From: Balanoglossus misakiensis
Lineage: Eukaryota > Animalia > Hemichordata
DNA length: 64,000 nt
Direction: 5' to 3'
Assembly: GCA_040954595.2 (NCBI GenBank)
Contig: CM082579.2
Location: 6,375,625 to 6,439,624, forward strand
Below the pieces are notes generated by a model, which worked only from the letters and a program-made list of their open reading frames with translations, did no database searches and was not told the DNA's origin. Each line of letters begins with the position of its first letter. Position 1 is the first letter of the stretch. The translations under genes were made by a program, and so were the position numbers. Shown here one piece after another: positions 28,801 through 43,800 of this stretch.

Positions 28801-31800
28801 GGTAAATTAACAGTTTACCGAGTCAAGATTTCTAATTTCGCGATACATGGTACTTACAGATTTCCACTCAGTGTTAGGTTTGGGTGTCTAAGTCACAAGA
28901 GCGTACTACATATATATTCAAAGTTTAGTGGATATAGCTGCTTCTGGTTTTTTTATTTCTTGTAAATACAGGAAAATAGTCCAAAGTTGGGAGTTACAGT
29001 CGTGGTGTACTTAGTCTCTATGAAACTCGACATATTGAAACCTGCAGGGTTATTCTTTGCGGGAAAAAGTTCAATGTTAGTCATCCCTAGGCACAGCTAA
29101 CGGTAAAAGTCTACACACCGCAGTCCTGCAGGTCTCAAGACTGATTGCCTCGGACATGCATGGTTGTTATCATTGAACCATGAACTAACCCCACTTCAAG
29201 GAGGGCGCATGGAATGGTTAGAACGGCGTGAAATACGAATGGAAAAGGAACGTTTTACAAGACTCTTAACCCACGGGGCAAAACCAGTGTTTTTAAGTGT
29301 CAACGTGAATTTTTAAAGGCTTTCAGACCACGTTGAAATCCGTATGACGTATGCATGTAGGGCGGCAGCATTAGTGACACGCAGCTTTAGTTTTAGATGT
29401 AAGCCAAATTAATTCATTCCTTGTACTAAAAAACTTTCTGTTGATGAGGGCTTAAGTGGGAAATCCGCCGGAAGCTTAAATACTTAAAAGTGGCGAGACC
29501 TATCTACCTACATTTTGTGAAAAGAGAAGATTTTGATTGTCAGCCATCTTTTTTTCATCTTCTCGTGTTTCGTATAATGAGTGTCAATATATCAAACAAA
29601 CGAAATTATGCAAAAGTGTTGAATTACGCAGCTGAAGAACGTGATCTTATCATTCGCTTATCGTAGCCACTTCAGGCAAACTCGTGGCCGCGCAATTTTT
29701 ACATATTGATTTTGAATTATTAAAGTCACCTCCTTTCGCAGTCCTAGATTCGCGCACGAGTGGATATGCAAATTACTTATTTGAAACTTCGCGAGCATTT
29801 TTGCGGCTGATTGTAAGGTAAGTGAAGAATTTTGCTGACCTCCCAAGTTTAAAGATGGAACTTGTCAGCCATGATTTGATTTCCTGCATGTAATACATGC
29901 GCCATTCCCATTACAAGTGCCTGACTTAATTACGCGAGGAAACGGGGCGTGACAGGAAACTAGTATAGCACCTTGCCGGAATAGGAATCAGAGCCATGTT
30001 CCATATTTATATGTTATCGTCTGGTTCACGCACGCTCGTGGACTTCTTATGAGCTGTGGCGTGAAGATTCACCCTAAGGACATTTGAAATTTCCACAGAA
30101 ATGATTATTTCTCAGTTAAAGACAAAACGACGCCACACAAGTCTGTAGAGGGCGTCGCGGAGACAACAACTGGTAGGCTGGCATTACAGAGACTGTGCAA
30201 CGTATTGGTTTTGCATTTAGGATTTTTTAAAGTATTTGTTGTTCTTGCCGCGTGCCGTTCGATTCACAGTACTGTGCGCTTCGCCTAGTGAAAGCTGCAA
30301 GAAACGCAATTACCTTCGAAGATATCGCCACGGGCGAGATTCGTGATACTGCCAGACGAATGACACTTAATTGAGATAAAAGGGTATTGAAAATGTGGAG
30401 AGAACCCGGATGAACGACATTCCCGTTGTGGCAGCGGTTATTGTTGTGATTTAAACGCCGCGGCAAGAGCTTTGCTGGATCGTCAGCAGGGTTTTTTTCA
30501 CCCTGGATGTAATAATAAAATCAATGTGAACGGTCCGGTCATTGATTGTAGCGAGTGTTACCGTCATTGAATCGTAAAACAAGAGCGGCGCGATAGAGAG
30601 GGGGTTGGCATTGGTGCGATGCGGCGGGGAACAACGCAACTCTGCCGGTCGGGGTTGGCGGAGGCACATGATCTGCATGCACCACACACTCCGCAGACTA
30701 CACCGCCGCGGAATGTCACTGCTTTGATTGCGGGTGATGGTCAATTTTCCAGTGGCGCCTTCAACGATGGGAACATTGCAATTCAATGTGGCGTGACAAC
30801 GGGATAAATTTGCGATATATTACCGCCGAACTTGCCTCGGGGGCATATTGTGAATTATCTATCGAGAACTGTGGGTGTATTTGCGAGTGGGTGAAAGGAG
30901 GGCGCGGTTGCCTGCAGCTTGAAATCGCAGGTCGAGGGGTATTAGAATACTGTGGCCAGGAAGTGTAAAACTCTGAAATCACTATGCAAATGCCATACGC
31001 CGCATACGGAATTTCGCGGTGACGACCCATAAACAACACACAACTTGATCCTCTAATATGATATGTAGCAGGTGCATGTGCGATACAGAATGAACAAAAA
31101 CAAAAACTCCAGGAACAAAAACTCCACGAACATTCTAAATATTGTGTTAGAAGGAATATACAACTAGAGCGTAAAGTGTAAATTGACGGGTTGCAGGAAA
31201 AAAAACATAATTCGTCAAGTGTCCTTAATATCATAATCTTGGCCCTAAAGACACAGCACGCCAAATGTACAAGAAGCGGTTTGCGAAAGCCGCGCTTCAG
31301 GATGCATAAGCGCACAATCAAAGGCGGTATTAAATTTTTAATCGGCGAGAGGTAGACTTTTTTGTAGCTCTCATTCAATATTGATGAGTAATGGTGAACT
31401 AGGATGCCATAAGGCCAAGAAAGAAGATTGCCTTTTCCGTTTATACCCCTCTACCTACCCAAGTTCAGAGGAAATGAAGCGAGACTAGAAACGTACTTTT
31501 TATACATTTACGCAGGTGGACATGACAATATTCTTGTTCATGCGATCTTCATTCCAAAATTGTATTGTTTTAGTGATTCGGTATACGTATATTATGATAT
31601 ATTATGATACTGATCCAATTAGTTGACATAAGTATACGTGACTCGGACCACAATAACACCGCTAGTCACAAAGATTAACATGTATTCCGTTGGTACATCG
31701 GCCTAAGACTAGAACATTTATGATTAATATAACCCACATAATTTCAATAAAATATTCCTCCCTATATCGTCCATCTGTTCAGGACGTTCACATCACCAGT

Positions 31801-34800
31801 CCATTGAGAGTAGCAGTATGTTGGTGCCATGAATGCCAATATTCATTTCTTTCTTATAATGTATGAAAGCATGAAATGTCTTTTCAGGTGCAGTCGGGTC
31901 TACACAGGAGCTAAGGTCAGCGATTATCATCAAAGTATGGTATAGGTACACGCACAGTGGAGTGACTGTGCCACACGCAAGAGAATTCTCCATATCGGCT
32001 TCCACTTCAACCGTGACCCGAATCGCTTGAAGTAAGGGCGTCAAGTTGTGGTTGAAGATCGTACAGGGTCGGCCAAAGGGTCAATCGATTTGTATCCCTT
32101 TATAACTTGGTGATTACACACATCAACTCCATTCTGTGGGGATTTGTACAGAAACCGTTACCGAGGCTTTGCACAGCGCCTGCGCAGTTGTCGTCCCGAT
32201 ATTAATCCGAGCACGTACAGCGCTATGGTGCCAGTCGGGTTTTGTCTTTTCTTTTCGAAATGCCATACCTAACAAAAATGCTGGTATTTCCTGTGCACAA
32301 TATGGTCGCGAATACACATCCTATGGACGGTCCCCACAATTGTAATTATGTTTGGCGTTTGTTACCTCGGGGTATGTAAGCCTTAAATGTCATCTGTTTT
32401 GACAGTCGTGAAAAGAACTATTGGTGACATATGGTATAGCATAAGGGGAAATAAATCGACATCCCTCGAGTGGGCCAATATCACACCACTGCAAAAACTC
32501 AAAGTTTGCATTAACGAGTGAAACACTCTTCGTTTTGAATTGTTATTATTCTGCGGGATTTTTTTCGTTAAATCTTCTTCATCAGAACATGCAACGCGCG
32601 TTAATATTAGCTTTGAGCGCGTGACAGCAAACAAAATTCGAGCGTCCGTTTGCGTCGGACAAAACATACACGTGACGTCATTAAAACACTTGACTTCAAC
32701 GCTAAATCACTTCATCTACAGATTAAGCCAGACTTTCTAACGTGGCAAACTTGCAAAGTGAAGTCAATCACGTCACAGCCGGCAGAGTGTTGTTTAATCC
32801 GTGCCAACCGTCTAACAAATTCCAAATTATACAAACACTCGTCGGAAAGACTTCTATAATATGTGTCCGTCAGTTTACGTCCGCGGACAAAGTATTAACA
32901 CTCGAGCATGATAAATGAACTTTCAATATTGGACGACATTGGACTCTTGTAACGGCTCGTCCATTGTTAGGAGTTCTTGTCAACACATGGCACAGTTTGT
33001 GAATAAACTTTTTCAGATATAAGCGCCATAATATCCTTTCGGTTTCGAATAAGTGGCGACGGCCACTCCAGCGCTCAAGGGGTCTCTAAATGTAACAGGT
33101 GTTTACTTGGCGACCAGTATGACAAAATGCAGGTAGAGCACATATCAAAGATGCCGCCCTCAAAAATACAAAAAGAAAGCAAACTTTCGTATGTTCAAAA
33201 CAACTCTAAAAAAACTGAGCAGATCTGACTGCCTTAGGTGTACAACCCTTTTTCGTTTGAAAGACTTCTAGAGAATTTGGAAGACAATGAAGTGCTACCA
33301 CAGCCGGTACGTGATGAGACATATAGGTTTGCAATCCAGTAAACATCAATCAAGGTTTCTTTACCGTGTCACGATACGCGCGAGCAAATAGAAATCTCAA
33401 ATATTACTTTGCAAGGAAATATAATTTCGGGGCATTATTCACTGAAGGCTGTTGTGGTGATTTCAACGAGTTTGTTTAAATTATCAATTCGTGACACTGT
33501 GCTTCGGTGCACTGTTCCACTTATTTCCACAAGCCACAAACAATTTGCGGGTTTGAACGATGTCATTTGCAAAAATATTGCAACTAAGCCTCCCGCTGCC
33601 GATTATTGAGGTTGTTCGTGGACGTCACGCATTGACTACATCGAACGAATTTAGCAATTTGTGTTGTCGTGCGCGCGGCAGGGATTCCCGAAATGAGAGC
33701 ACGACTATTAGCGATTATTTTGGACAATAATATTTTCACAACACGCCCCGTGACCTACTTTGTAAAAGAGATGTGTTTATGAACTGTGCACCAACTGGAA
33801 TGCGGCAATGAATGCGGCAAAATAGGGAAAAACTTTCCCGTGATTCCCAGGGTGCGCATTCTACATAGGCAGGTCCGTGGCGGAAGCGACCGAGTTTTGA
33901 CGCGAATGGTAATAGAAGTTGGTGGTGCATTTGTAGAGTAAATGTCGGCGTAGAATTCGTCGCTTGCATGAAATTGTCGTTCTCAAAGATATTAAACAAT
34001 CGTGGGCTGACGTGCATGTGCATAGATTTTAGATCAATACAACACCGAATGTACCGGCGGTATTGATCATATTGGCTTGTGAACCCTTCATCTTCTCTAT
34101 TAAGAAAGACTGAGCTATTGAGTTCATTAAAGCAATATGGTGAGGTGTAATTTCACACGAGCTTTAAAATGAGGTTGTAAGATTGAATGCTTTGAAACGG
34201 GTTTCATTCTTCGGGTTATTTGTCTCTGCGATGCCTTCCACTTTAAGCTGACACGTTTATGTATCCATGATTGCTCTTGTGTGGACAGTGTCATTGACGC
34301 ACGTTTCCCCGCTTGTGTTGTGACACCATACGGACAAAATTAATAGTCTCGCGGTTATGTTATTTGCACCAAGGCCAACTACATATGGCATTGGAATCTT
34401 ATTTAAACCGGTTTTTATTGAATTTTGACATTCAATTTTTTCAGGAGAAATCAGCAAAAAATATTGTTGAGCGGCTAGTTCAATTGACGGGGTCCCCACT
34501 GTAACAAGATCTTTATAATGGACCTTTGGATTAACACAACAGGTTTGGATCATTTGCTGTAATGAGATCGGTGTTTAGTTGCGATATTCCAAAAATGGAG
34601 TATGTTGTATCAAAGAAGGCGTTTATTAACTATTAATAGTGTCGTGGCGATATCAAAAGGGGGAACGTGCTTTATTATTGCACTGATCAAGTCATGCCTA
34701 TTACTGGAGGTAAGAAAGGTTCTCCAGCACGGCTGATGGCCAACGATTTAGGTAAACATCTCGTTCGTCGTTTTGCCTCATGATTGTCAGGTGGGTAATT

Positions 34801-37800
34801 TGTTTCGTTCACCTCGACATGAAAATTAAAACAACGTTCCTTCATATGCATAACAGGTTGATTCGCTCCCCCCCCCCCCTCCACTAAACACCGGTAAAAC
34901 AAGGACGGCAAAACAGGTTAACGGTTGCTTGGTTTCCCGTGAGTTTGCGTCTCAGATGCTCCGGCAATCCCGCTGTATAGAGAACACATTTCCGCCGCGT
35001 TTTGATACGGATAATTATAGGATTACGAAACAGCCTTGGCTGCCACAAAAGGGTTTCCAACCGACCTAATTGAAACGTTAAGAAACCACATCCAGCCAGG
35101 TACAATAAATTAATTAGAAGTTTACTCCGCCAGGAGGGGCGACATTTAGGAGTCGGCATTCGCGCAAGTCACTCGACATTTTAAACTTTTATAGCGTCTA
35201 ATTGAGATCGCATGGAGTACCATCAACCTTTACCTGTCATTATTTTGTAGCTTGGCAGCTTTGGGCGAAGTAATAAACAAAGAAACGTACACACAACTAT
35301 TTTTTTCCCGGGAATAAAAGAGGCGGCGATTACAAAGACGTGATTGGCGTACGGGAGACGACGCGTGGAAACGGTTCGTGGCTCTCCGTAAATTGGCCCA
35401 TTATGCCCGTGGATTCCTTCCTGCAATCTTTTTGTACGCCTGCGTGTACCTTCGGTAATAGACTGTAATTGGTACAAGCCGGTTATCTCTGGATTAACCA
35501 CCGGGTCGAAATTGTATTGGAAATTCCACAAATGGGTTCTCCAACTCCTTGTATTTCCAGCGCGCGGATTTCTATAAGCAGCAAACATGAGACTTTTCAG
35601 AGACTCCTATTTCACCCAGTGCAGTAACAACTGCAGATCGATTATCGGTGGGACTAGAGACACTATAAAACAGAAACCTGCCCTGGCATTGAGAAATTGC
35701 CGGTCAGGCTCTGTGCAATAGACAGACTTTGTGTTTGCTGAATTCGCTCAGCCGGGATTTGGCAGCGTCAGAATTACATCTAAAATTTGCACAGGTGTGA
35801 GGGCGCCTTTTTCACAGAGAAGAGACCACATATGAACTAGCATGCATTGTTTGTTGCCATGGTTGTATTTTCAAACAAAAATTTAGGCAGGGTCAGTAAT
35901 AAATCGATCACCTTATAGTACATTGTTAAATGTTTGCAGCCATGTGTCATCTTTTGTACATTTCGCCTCCAAATGTAAACCGATAGCAATTTCAAAACCG
36001 GCCTCTATTGTGCATTCATGGAATTGCTTACACTCATCTGTCATTTCTTGTGAATTTCGCATCCTTTATTTTCCGCTGTTTTTTCCATCTCCACAAATAG
36101 ACGCACCGCTCGAAGGCAATCGTCGTGTAACAAGATATAACCGAAGTAGATAAATAGCTCCCGAAACCCTCCTACATCTTTCATGATTAATGATATCTCT
36201 ACACGACGCTGCTAATGACAATTGTTAAAAATAAATGATATGATAACTAAGACGAAAATGGGAGGGCGATAAATCATTGGGCTTTTTGACATGCGTGCAC
36301 TTTATGCAACGCACATTATGAATAAGGAGTTAATCTATGGGCTCGTTCGGTGTAATACAAAAGTAAGCCAGGCTGTCGCCAGTGGATGCTATAACATCAC
36401 AAACGGGAGCCTCAGAATTCAGGTTTATTCTCTTTCCACGGTTATTTATAGTCCACGTTCCCCCGTCTCCTGACATGCCATGGTTAGTGATATACAGTTT
36501 TTGCGCATGTAGACATGTTTTCTAAACAGACAGCTCCGAATAACCGGCGCCAAACTGCGAATTTAGGATACAAGTGCGCAGATTAAGAAAATCGGATTCT
36601 GCATTGATGGCCCCCTTTTAAGAAGAACGGATGATTGTCAGAGATTGCATTTAGGGAGAATGTTGCTGTCCCTTTTAAAGAAAGGGAACGATCATTGGCA
36701 TGTGTTCGATTCGGCAAAATCCATACCGCGTAATTCCAGAACGTTTTAAAGGATGCCAGTATGGGTCTAAAGGTTGACCGTCGATTTGTCTCGCAGTGTT
36801 CAATATCAATTGGACCATTGCAGTTTTCGTAACAAGTGGAATGGAATTCTTCATATTCTGCACCTCCGTCGATAAGCTTTCCCTATTTCAAAGTGACATC
36901 ATTTTCTTTCAAAGTTGCCATGCATTGATCTCAATTTGATCTACACCGTCTTACAACGTCATACCCTGGCGAATTTCTTGCATACTGTGAGTTTGTACAT
37001 TATAAGGGTTAGATCTTTCCCTTCTGGCAATAAAACATCACTGCTGGAAGACAGCGATTAGCTTCCATGCATCTACAGTATTTTTGCAACATAATTTCCG
37101 AAACATCCAATATCTAGGACGTGTTCAATAACCTCTGGGTATTCCTCGCTGCTGTGTCACCTTTTCGGAACTTCACTCGTGACGTTAGTAGGTTAATGCA
37201 ATCATTACTGTAACATTTCTCTGCCTGGTCGACGATCACTGGGTTTATCGTTACTTTTCATTCCCATCGAATAATGCATGGGGATATCTTGTTGAATGTT
37301 GAAACTATTGAGCGGAAAAAATGCCTGCCAAATCGCTGAGGTTTAAAATAAGCCAAACCTTACTATCTAATTGCTAAATGTACTTGAAAATTGACAGAAA
37401 TGTGAAAAAAGGTATTTGGATAGCCTTTATATACCAGACGACAATTTATCATGGAATTACCAATGATGGTATTTCTAAGTTTGACGGAGATTGTCTTGAG
37501 TATCTTTAGGATCGACTGCCTACATAACCACCATCTTCAACACAATAACTAACTGGAAAAGAGACCACGAAAAGACACGGACGAGCGAAAGACGAGGCGG
37601 GAGATTTTACAAAAGCCAAATTGGCAAACGATAACGGTACACTGCGCAACAAAAAAATCGTCGAGGGGAAACCCAGAAATGTCACCAGGATTCAAGAAAC
37701 GGCGGAACAAAACCGTAAAGTACCATTTAATAAAGTTACTGTAATGACCACAAAGCAGCAAATCATCTTTCGTCGGACATTTTAAATGTCAACAGATACA

Positions 37801-40800
37801 CGGGGACAAAAACAGTAAGCCTCAACGGGACACTAGCGAGATATAAACCATATTAGTATTTTTTTCTGTGTAGGCCTATATCAGTTACGGTTTCTAGTTC
37901 TAATCCCTAGATGTCCCTAAAACGCCCGGCGGTGTCTATGCTTGTCAACATCATAGACTGCATATCACATTTGCATTTCCACTAGAACTACTTCCCTGGT
38001 CCGCACCAGTCATGTCAAATTCATTTTCTGGCGAAACAAACTATCTATCTAAGTTAAATGGGCAACACGCATAAAACAAACCACTTTGAATGGTTGCCAT
38101 AGTAATGGGAGACAATTTTAAAGGAAAATGTTTGCTGCAGGTGACTGCAAATTACGACAGAATCTGTCATTTTATCTCTGGATTTATATTTATTCACTCC
38201 ATAATTTGATCAGATGGGACCTGTATTCAGAATCAAGCATAAAATATGTGTGGGGATTTGAACCCAAAGCGCGCAACATCTGGCACAAATTACCTTCCAC
38301 TTCTTCACACACACAAAACAAGATTCCCATTAATTGTCAAACGCTTTTGCAGCGAACTAAAATAATGTGATCCGGGCCGACATGTCTAGGAAGAAGCTTA
38401 TGTTTACTCCGCTGACACCACACAATATATGTGTTTGCCTTGTTTTGATCAAATACTCCGCTCCCGGAATTAATTTCAATTTATGACTGTACTTTTCAGT
38501 CTAATGATTTAAATTTCACAATGGCCTCATTGAATTCAGACAAACATAATAAGCGGGGAAATGCCAGAACTGCGGGAAACCTTTATGTTTGCAAATCTTC
38601 TCTAAGTATCCAATCATAAATACGGCAAACATTAGAAAAGATAACGAGGCGATTTCAGAACATGTATTCTTACATCCGCAAGAGTTGAAACACAGGTCAA
38701 TAGCTGACGCGCGACAGTGCAATTCTAATGGCTGTTTTTTACCATTATATTATGTTCAAAGCAAAAATATAACTCATTGTCCACGAAGGTTCAGAGGTGA
38801 AACTGGGGTTCTCATTAATTTTGCAATACTGACAAGTGTGCCCAATGATGGTGTAAATGTTCTCGAGTAATAAGAATTATCGTGATGACGCAACATCCAA
38901 TGCCGCAGACTAGTTATTAATTACTCAAGTGAAGTGGATCTCTCTCCACACTTCCATGCATAGCTGTTCAATCATGTTTCCTGTTACCAATGGCTCTAAC
39001 ATGGTTACTGTGGCAACAAAATATACCTGTACTACGGCTTGAAAAATAACACCGTTCTCTTGAGGTAGCTACGACCATTATGAACATGCTCATCCATTAC
39101 AGTAGTCCGGGTTGTGCAATATGCAAACATTACATTTGGATCCTGTCTCGGCGCTGAGAACAATTAACATTAAAGAAACCATAAATCACAAAAAGGGGTC
39201 CAACAAATCTTATCCTTGTAGACACAGTCCTATACCTGCACTGTAACATGTACTCTATTTACATGAAGATACCTCTGACGTCATTTTCTGAATATACTTA
39301 TGTAGTCTTATTTCCATTCCAACATGCCGTGCACGCTATACGCATATAGGCTTACGGCAGACGACACGCTGGTATTAACATTACCCTGGACTTCAAGTTC
39401 AGATTTCCATTGTAGGTGCATGACGCACTGCGGGTACGGTATTACTGACTGTGCAATGACTTTCAGAAGATGAGTCTAATATTTTGAAACGTTCACGCAG
39501 CATGCAGTGCTCGAAATGATCATTGAAGTGAACAGTGGAATAAACGGTAAAAAGTCTTTTTGCGTGGGTTTTGATTTCTCGTTAGAACTAGAATTAGTCG
39601 CTATAGTACATTTACATTAAATCTCTACGCATGTCTTAAATACATAATGCATTTAATGCAGTAAAGTAAGATGCACTAAAGGTAAACTTTCTCTCGTATT
39701 AGGCGTACGGGATTATAAGAAATACCAAAGTGCAACGTACTTGTTTACCGCGGTCGGGCACTGTGAAAGTTATCGTGGTGTGCGTTCCTATCTCTGAATA
39801 GGTAGAAAGTTTGTTTCGTGTGATTCTAATTAGCATATCTACCCGGATGGGGAGTGACGGCGCATGCGTAAGCCACCAAGCCTGAACGTGCGGCGGAGCT
39901 TTAATATTAATGGAGTCTAGTCAACCAGGCGTGGCGGCCATATCTGTCGCATACAGCGCATGACGGCCCGACCGGGCACGACCGCTTACGAATTTCGAGG
40001 CTTTAAAGCGCGCCATAAATCATTCGGAAGGTTTAATCACAGCTGCAAACAGCTTTTAACACTTGGGGTTTTATCGGCACTTGTGGATATTGGGCCATAA
40101 ATTTTGTGATTTTCCGTGATATTACACTCTGGGGATAAAATATATCGTTAATTGACTGGTAATTTTAGGTATGCCCTGCTGTCCCTCGGCATACGCCCTA
40201 CGTGATCTTATCGCCATACGGCCTCTTAATAGCAACAGAAGCGGTTGCTAGGCTGTCGGCCTGTTCATATAGCTTGAATTATATCCTATGCACAAAGGAA
40301 ATCACTTGCGCGGGGTATGCGTTTATTATCCCTGTTTTATCTCATGACACGACAATGATACATTTTTGCCCTTAAGTGTTTCAGAATCGCCCTAGACCAC
40401 GCCGCACTGTGCCCGCAAATATTTAGTTAGTGGAATAAGGATCTTGTTGGCGGGGAAACAAAAGTAGTCACCGCATATGAATAATATAATTATAGTAAAA
40501 TGTTCCAGTCGCATTCGTGTAGGTAGTCGACCAGGCGCATTTTAGCATTCAGGTGTTTTCCTTTGATTTTTGCAAAAACGGGTGACTCGTGGTTGGTGAA
40601 AACGACTTCTATTGGCTAACAAACCTCCGAGGACACGTATATGCAAAAATCACCCTTGGTGAATTCCCCCCCCTTTAATATGTGGTGAGATCTTTCATCA
40701 ACTGTTTATGGTGTAACCAGGTAACTAAAACTTTCCAATTCAATTTTTTTGCGAACAAATCTTCTGACGGTGACTGAAGTTACCCAGTTGCCACATGTCA

Positions 40801-43800
40801 ATAATTTCTGCTGATTTTATTGGTCTCTGCTGGGCGAGTTGAAATGCGTCTATATACAGTGTGATTGAATCATATATTTCTACCCACCCCTCGGCGATTG
40901 TTTGTCGACCAAAACATTCATTTATGCGCAGTTTAGCAACAAATCACATTGGCTATTATCGGGGGGAAACCAGTAGATCCCTTCTTGTAGCATTATAGCC
41001 ATTAATCTTTCAGTCCACGCGGTGCTGAGAGATTCTTGAGGGCGGAGGAGAGTTACCACACATTCGCCACTTGCAACTGTGTACATAATATTGGAATTTC
41101 AGTCACACGCTACCTCCACGTAGACATGTACAACACTACAGGCAAACATAACTTATCAACCACTGCATGAAATATCTAGACTTCCACTTGAGGTAGTAAC
41201 ATGTTGGCATGATTTATGCACACGGAGTATAGCAGGTATTTACATGTTCCTTGGAATACGTGGCGTTGTCCACGTGCAAATGGGCGTACATGCATCCGGT
41301 CGATGTGTTTGCTGCCAACACGGACTCACTCATAAGTGCAAAATAATAATCACTGCGTCACGAGTTGAAAATAACTTCTGTATAGTACGGATCGTGCGCG
41401 CGAGGTCGTGGAGTTTTTCACATATCTCGGCAATCATCGTGAAAGCTCAGTATTAATGGCACGGCTGGTATTATGATAAGGCTGCTAGTCTGCAGGTGCG
41501 CCGATTTGCGTGTTTCGCTGCAGGTATACTTTTAATGCATATAAACGCATTCATTGTGAATCCAGAGATTGGGGTTCCCTCGAGATCTACGAAAGAATAG
41601 AGTGCTGCTTGCGTACAGAATGATTCTTTTAAAATATTGTTTTCGCCCGCATCAGTGTATTAGCAATAATAGTTAGAAGAATACCATTAACGATATCGTT
41701 TAGATATACGACAGGATGCTTTAAGAATTTAGAAGATTTGAAAATGTCAAAGTTCGAAGTGTACAGCATACGTGGCATTTTGCAAGCATAAATAACCCTC
41801 TGCAGTGTAAGCTTAACGGTTATAGTCACAGGTACATCGAAAAAAAGGTGGCCCATCACCACAAATTGAACGCACGATAAAATATTGATGCGGCGACGTT
41901 TGTGCTGATTCGGCTTCGACTATAGGGCCTGCCAGGGCTTCATGAAGAAATTGCGTCGCTACTGTCGCTCTCCCGAGACTACCAGTAACGTGCACTTCTC
42001 GTACACAACGAGATCTCGCGAACGGTACCCTTCCCAGCATGCAGAGCGTTGCTATGCTACTTCCTGACAGCATATGCCGCATGTGAACAGTATTCATCGT
42101 GCATGTTGGGCGATCCACTTTGTGCTCCGCATTCCATTTAACCGCACCAATTGTACTCAATTACACAGGCCTACCCGCAAATCGAGTGCCGCAACAATTT
42201 CAAACCACTTACAGCACACGTCCGTTGGCAGATTAATGGCCGCCGTCCATTTGTAACCCACTTGCAAGTTATCAGAGCACGGCGACCCTCTCTCCAAAAT
42301 CCACCGCGATAGTCAAAACCACAGAAGAGTTTATATCGACTGATTGCTGGGCAATTATTGTCAATACTCATCACCTCGAATCCTTCCGAGTGGCGCCAGG
42401 CACGTCGTACATCATGACGACGAATATCCATCCGCCGGACAAACATAAGACAAATGCTGCACGCGGGTATGCCTATCTTACCGTCAACCTCGTCAATCCG
42501 AGAGCAAATGAGATTTAAATGTCTGCATGGCACTCTCTTTACGAGGCGTTTTAGATCTGGTCACAGTACACTTCATCTCTGCGTTTTAGACTAATTGAAT
42601 GCCATTTCGGTGGGATTTCACGAAATGAGCTCCAGATGCATTTTGCTTTCTAAATCTAAGTTAGTACAACCGTTTATCCTTTTTGTCATCAATAAATATC
42701 CGAAATTTATATTGGGGGTTATGTATAGAAACGATCTTTCTTTCTTCGAATTAACCGCCATGGGAGGTAATGTGCTAACCGAAAAACCGACCGGGAAGAG
42801 GAGGACTTGAAACAGCCCGATAGACAATACGAAAGAGAGTCCGTTCGTGGCACATCTCGTGAACCAACACCAGAAGCAACCGAATCGCCAGATGGTACAT
42901 AGGAGACTCGAACCTGAGAGAGAATGGCGACGACTACGAATCGAATACAAGGCGACCTCACATCACTAACCATTGAATACCAAATGTCCATTGCTCAAGG
43001 TTCAAAGTCAATGTATTGATTGCTAACAGTAATCAAACAATTCTGCTTTTCATTTTTGTTAACAGTCGACAATAATCAATGTTGCAAGAATCCAAACTGC
43101 ACACTCATTGATACATTCATTTGACACGAGGTCACTTACTATAATCGAAAACATCATGCAATATGGAAAGTCTTAATATAGATATGAACCATATTGAAAT
43201 TCCTGCAAAGGACACAATCAGTAAGTATATACAGCGTAAATTACTGGTTTCAAACAGGCATGGTCTCCCATACGAAAGGGGGACTTGCAATATATATTCG
43301 GACATCCAACAATGCAATCTATCGGTATGGCCAAGTGTATTAGTTCACCGTGTTCTTTGCTGTTATCGAATACTAGTAAATACATCGTCACGAGTTGTAT
43401 ATGTATACACAGTAACGCAGGCAACACAAGAGCTTTCTGAATTGTTGATACACCAGTGCTAGGCACGAGAGTGAACGAATTATATTATTTTGATGATTTG
43501 GTATATCAGACCGGGGAAAGAATTGTTTGGGTTCTACTTAAAACGCGGTCTATCTACATTTGAACAATCACGAGCGCTGCTAAGGAAACGTTTAAATCAG
43601 GACCATGCACGTGATCAGCGGGCTATACAAGACCTCACGGGGGGCTGAGATTATGCCCGTGTCGAGTTTGTCTGTTATTTATTCTGTGTGCTATAATGGA
43701 AAGTTTTAAAAGCCCGTGTGGGTCCCATAGAAACGCGAAAACTGCTGATGCTTGGTATGAAGTACACGCAATAATCTTTCAAATCGACTGGGCCCAGTGA

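Noticed and set aside
30761-31378. 205-aa minus-strand ORF, the longest in the desert
   Set aside because: Non-ATG start, Cys/Ser/Phe-rich random-like composition, no motif and no codon bias.
37549-42960. Purine-rich exon-like stretches at 37.55-37.72 kb and 42.78-42.96 kb
   Set aside because: No consistent splice boundaries or recognisable translation.
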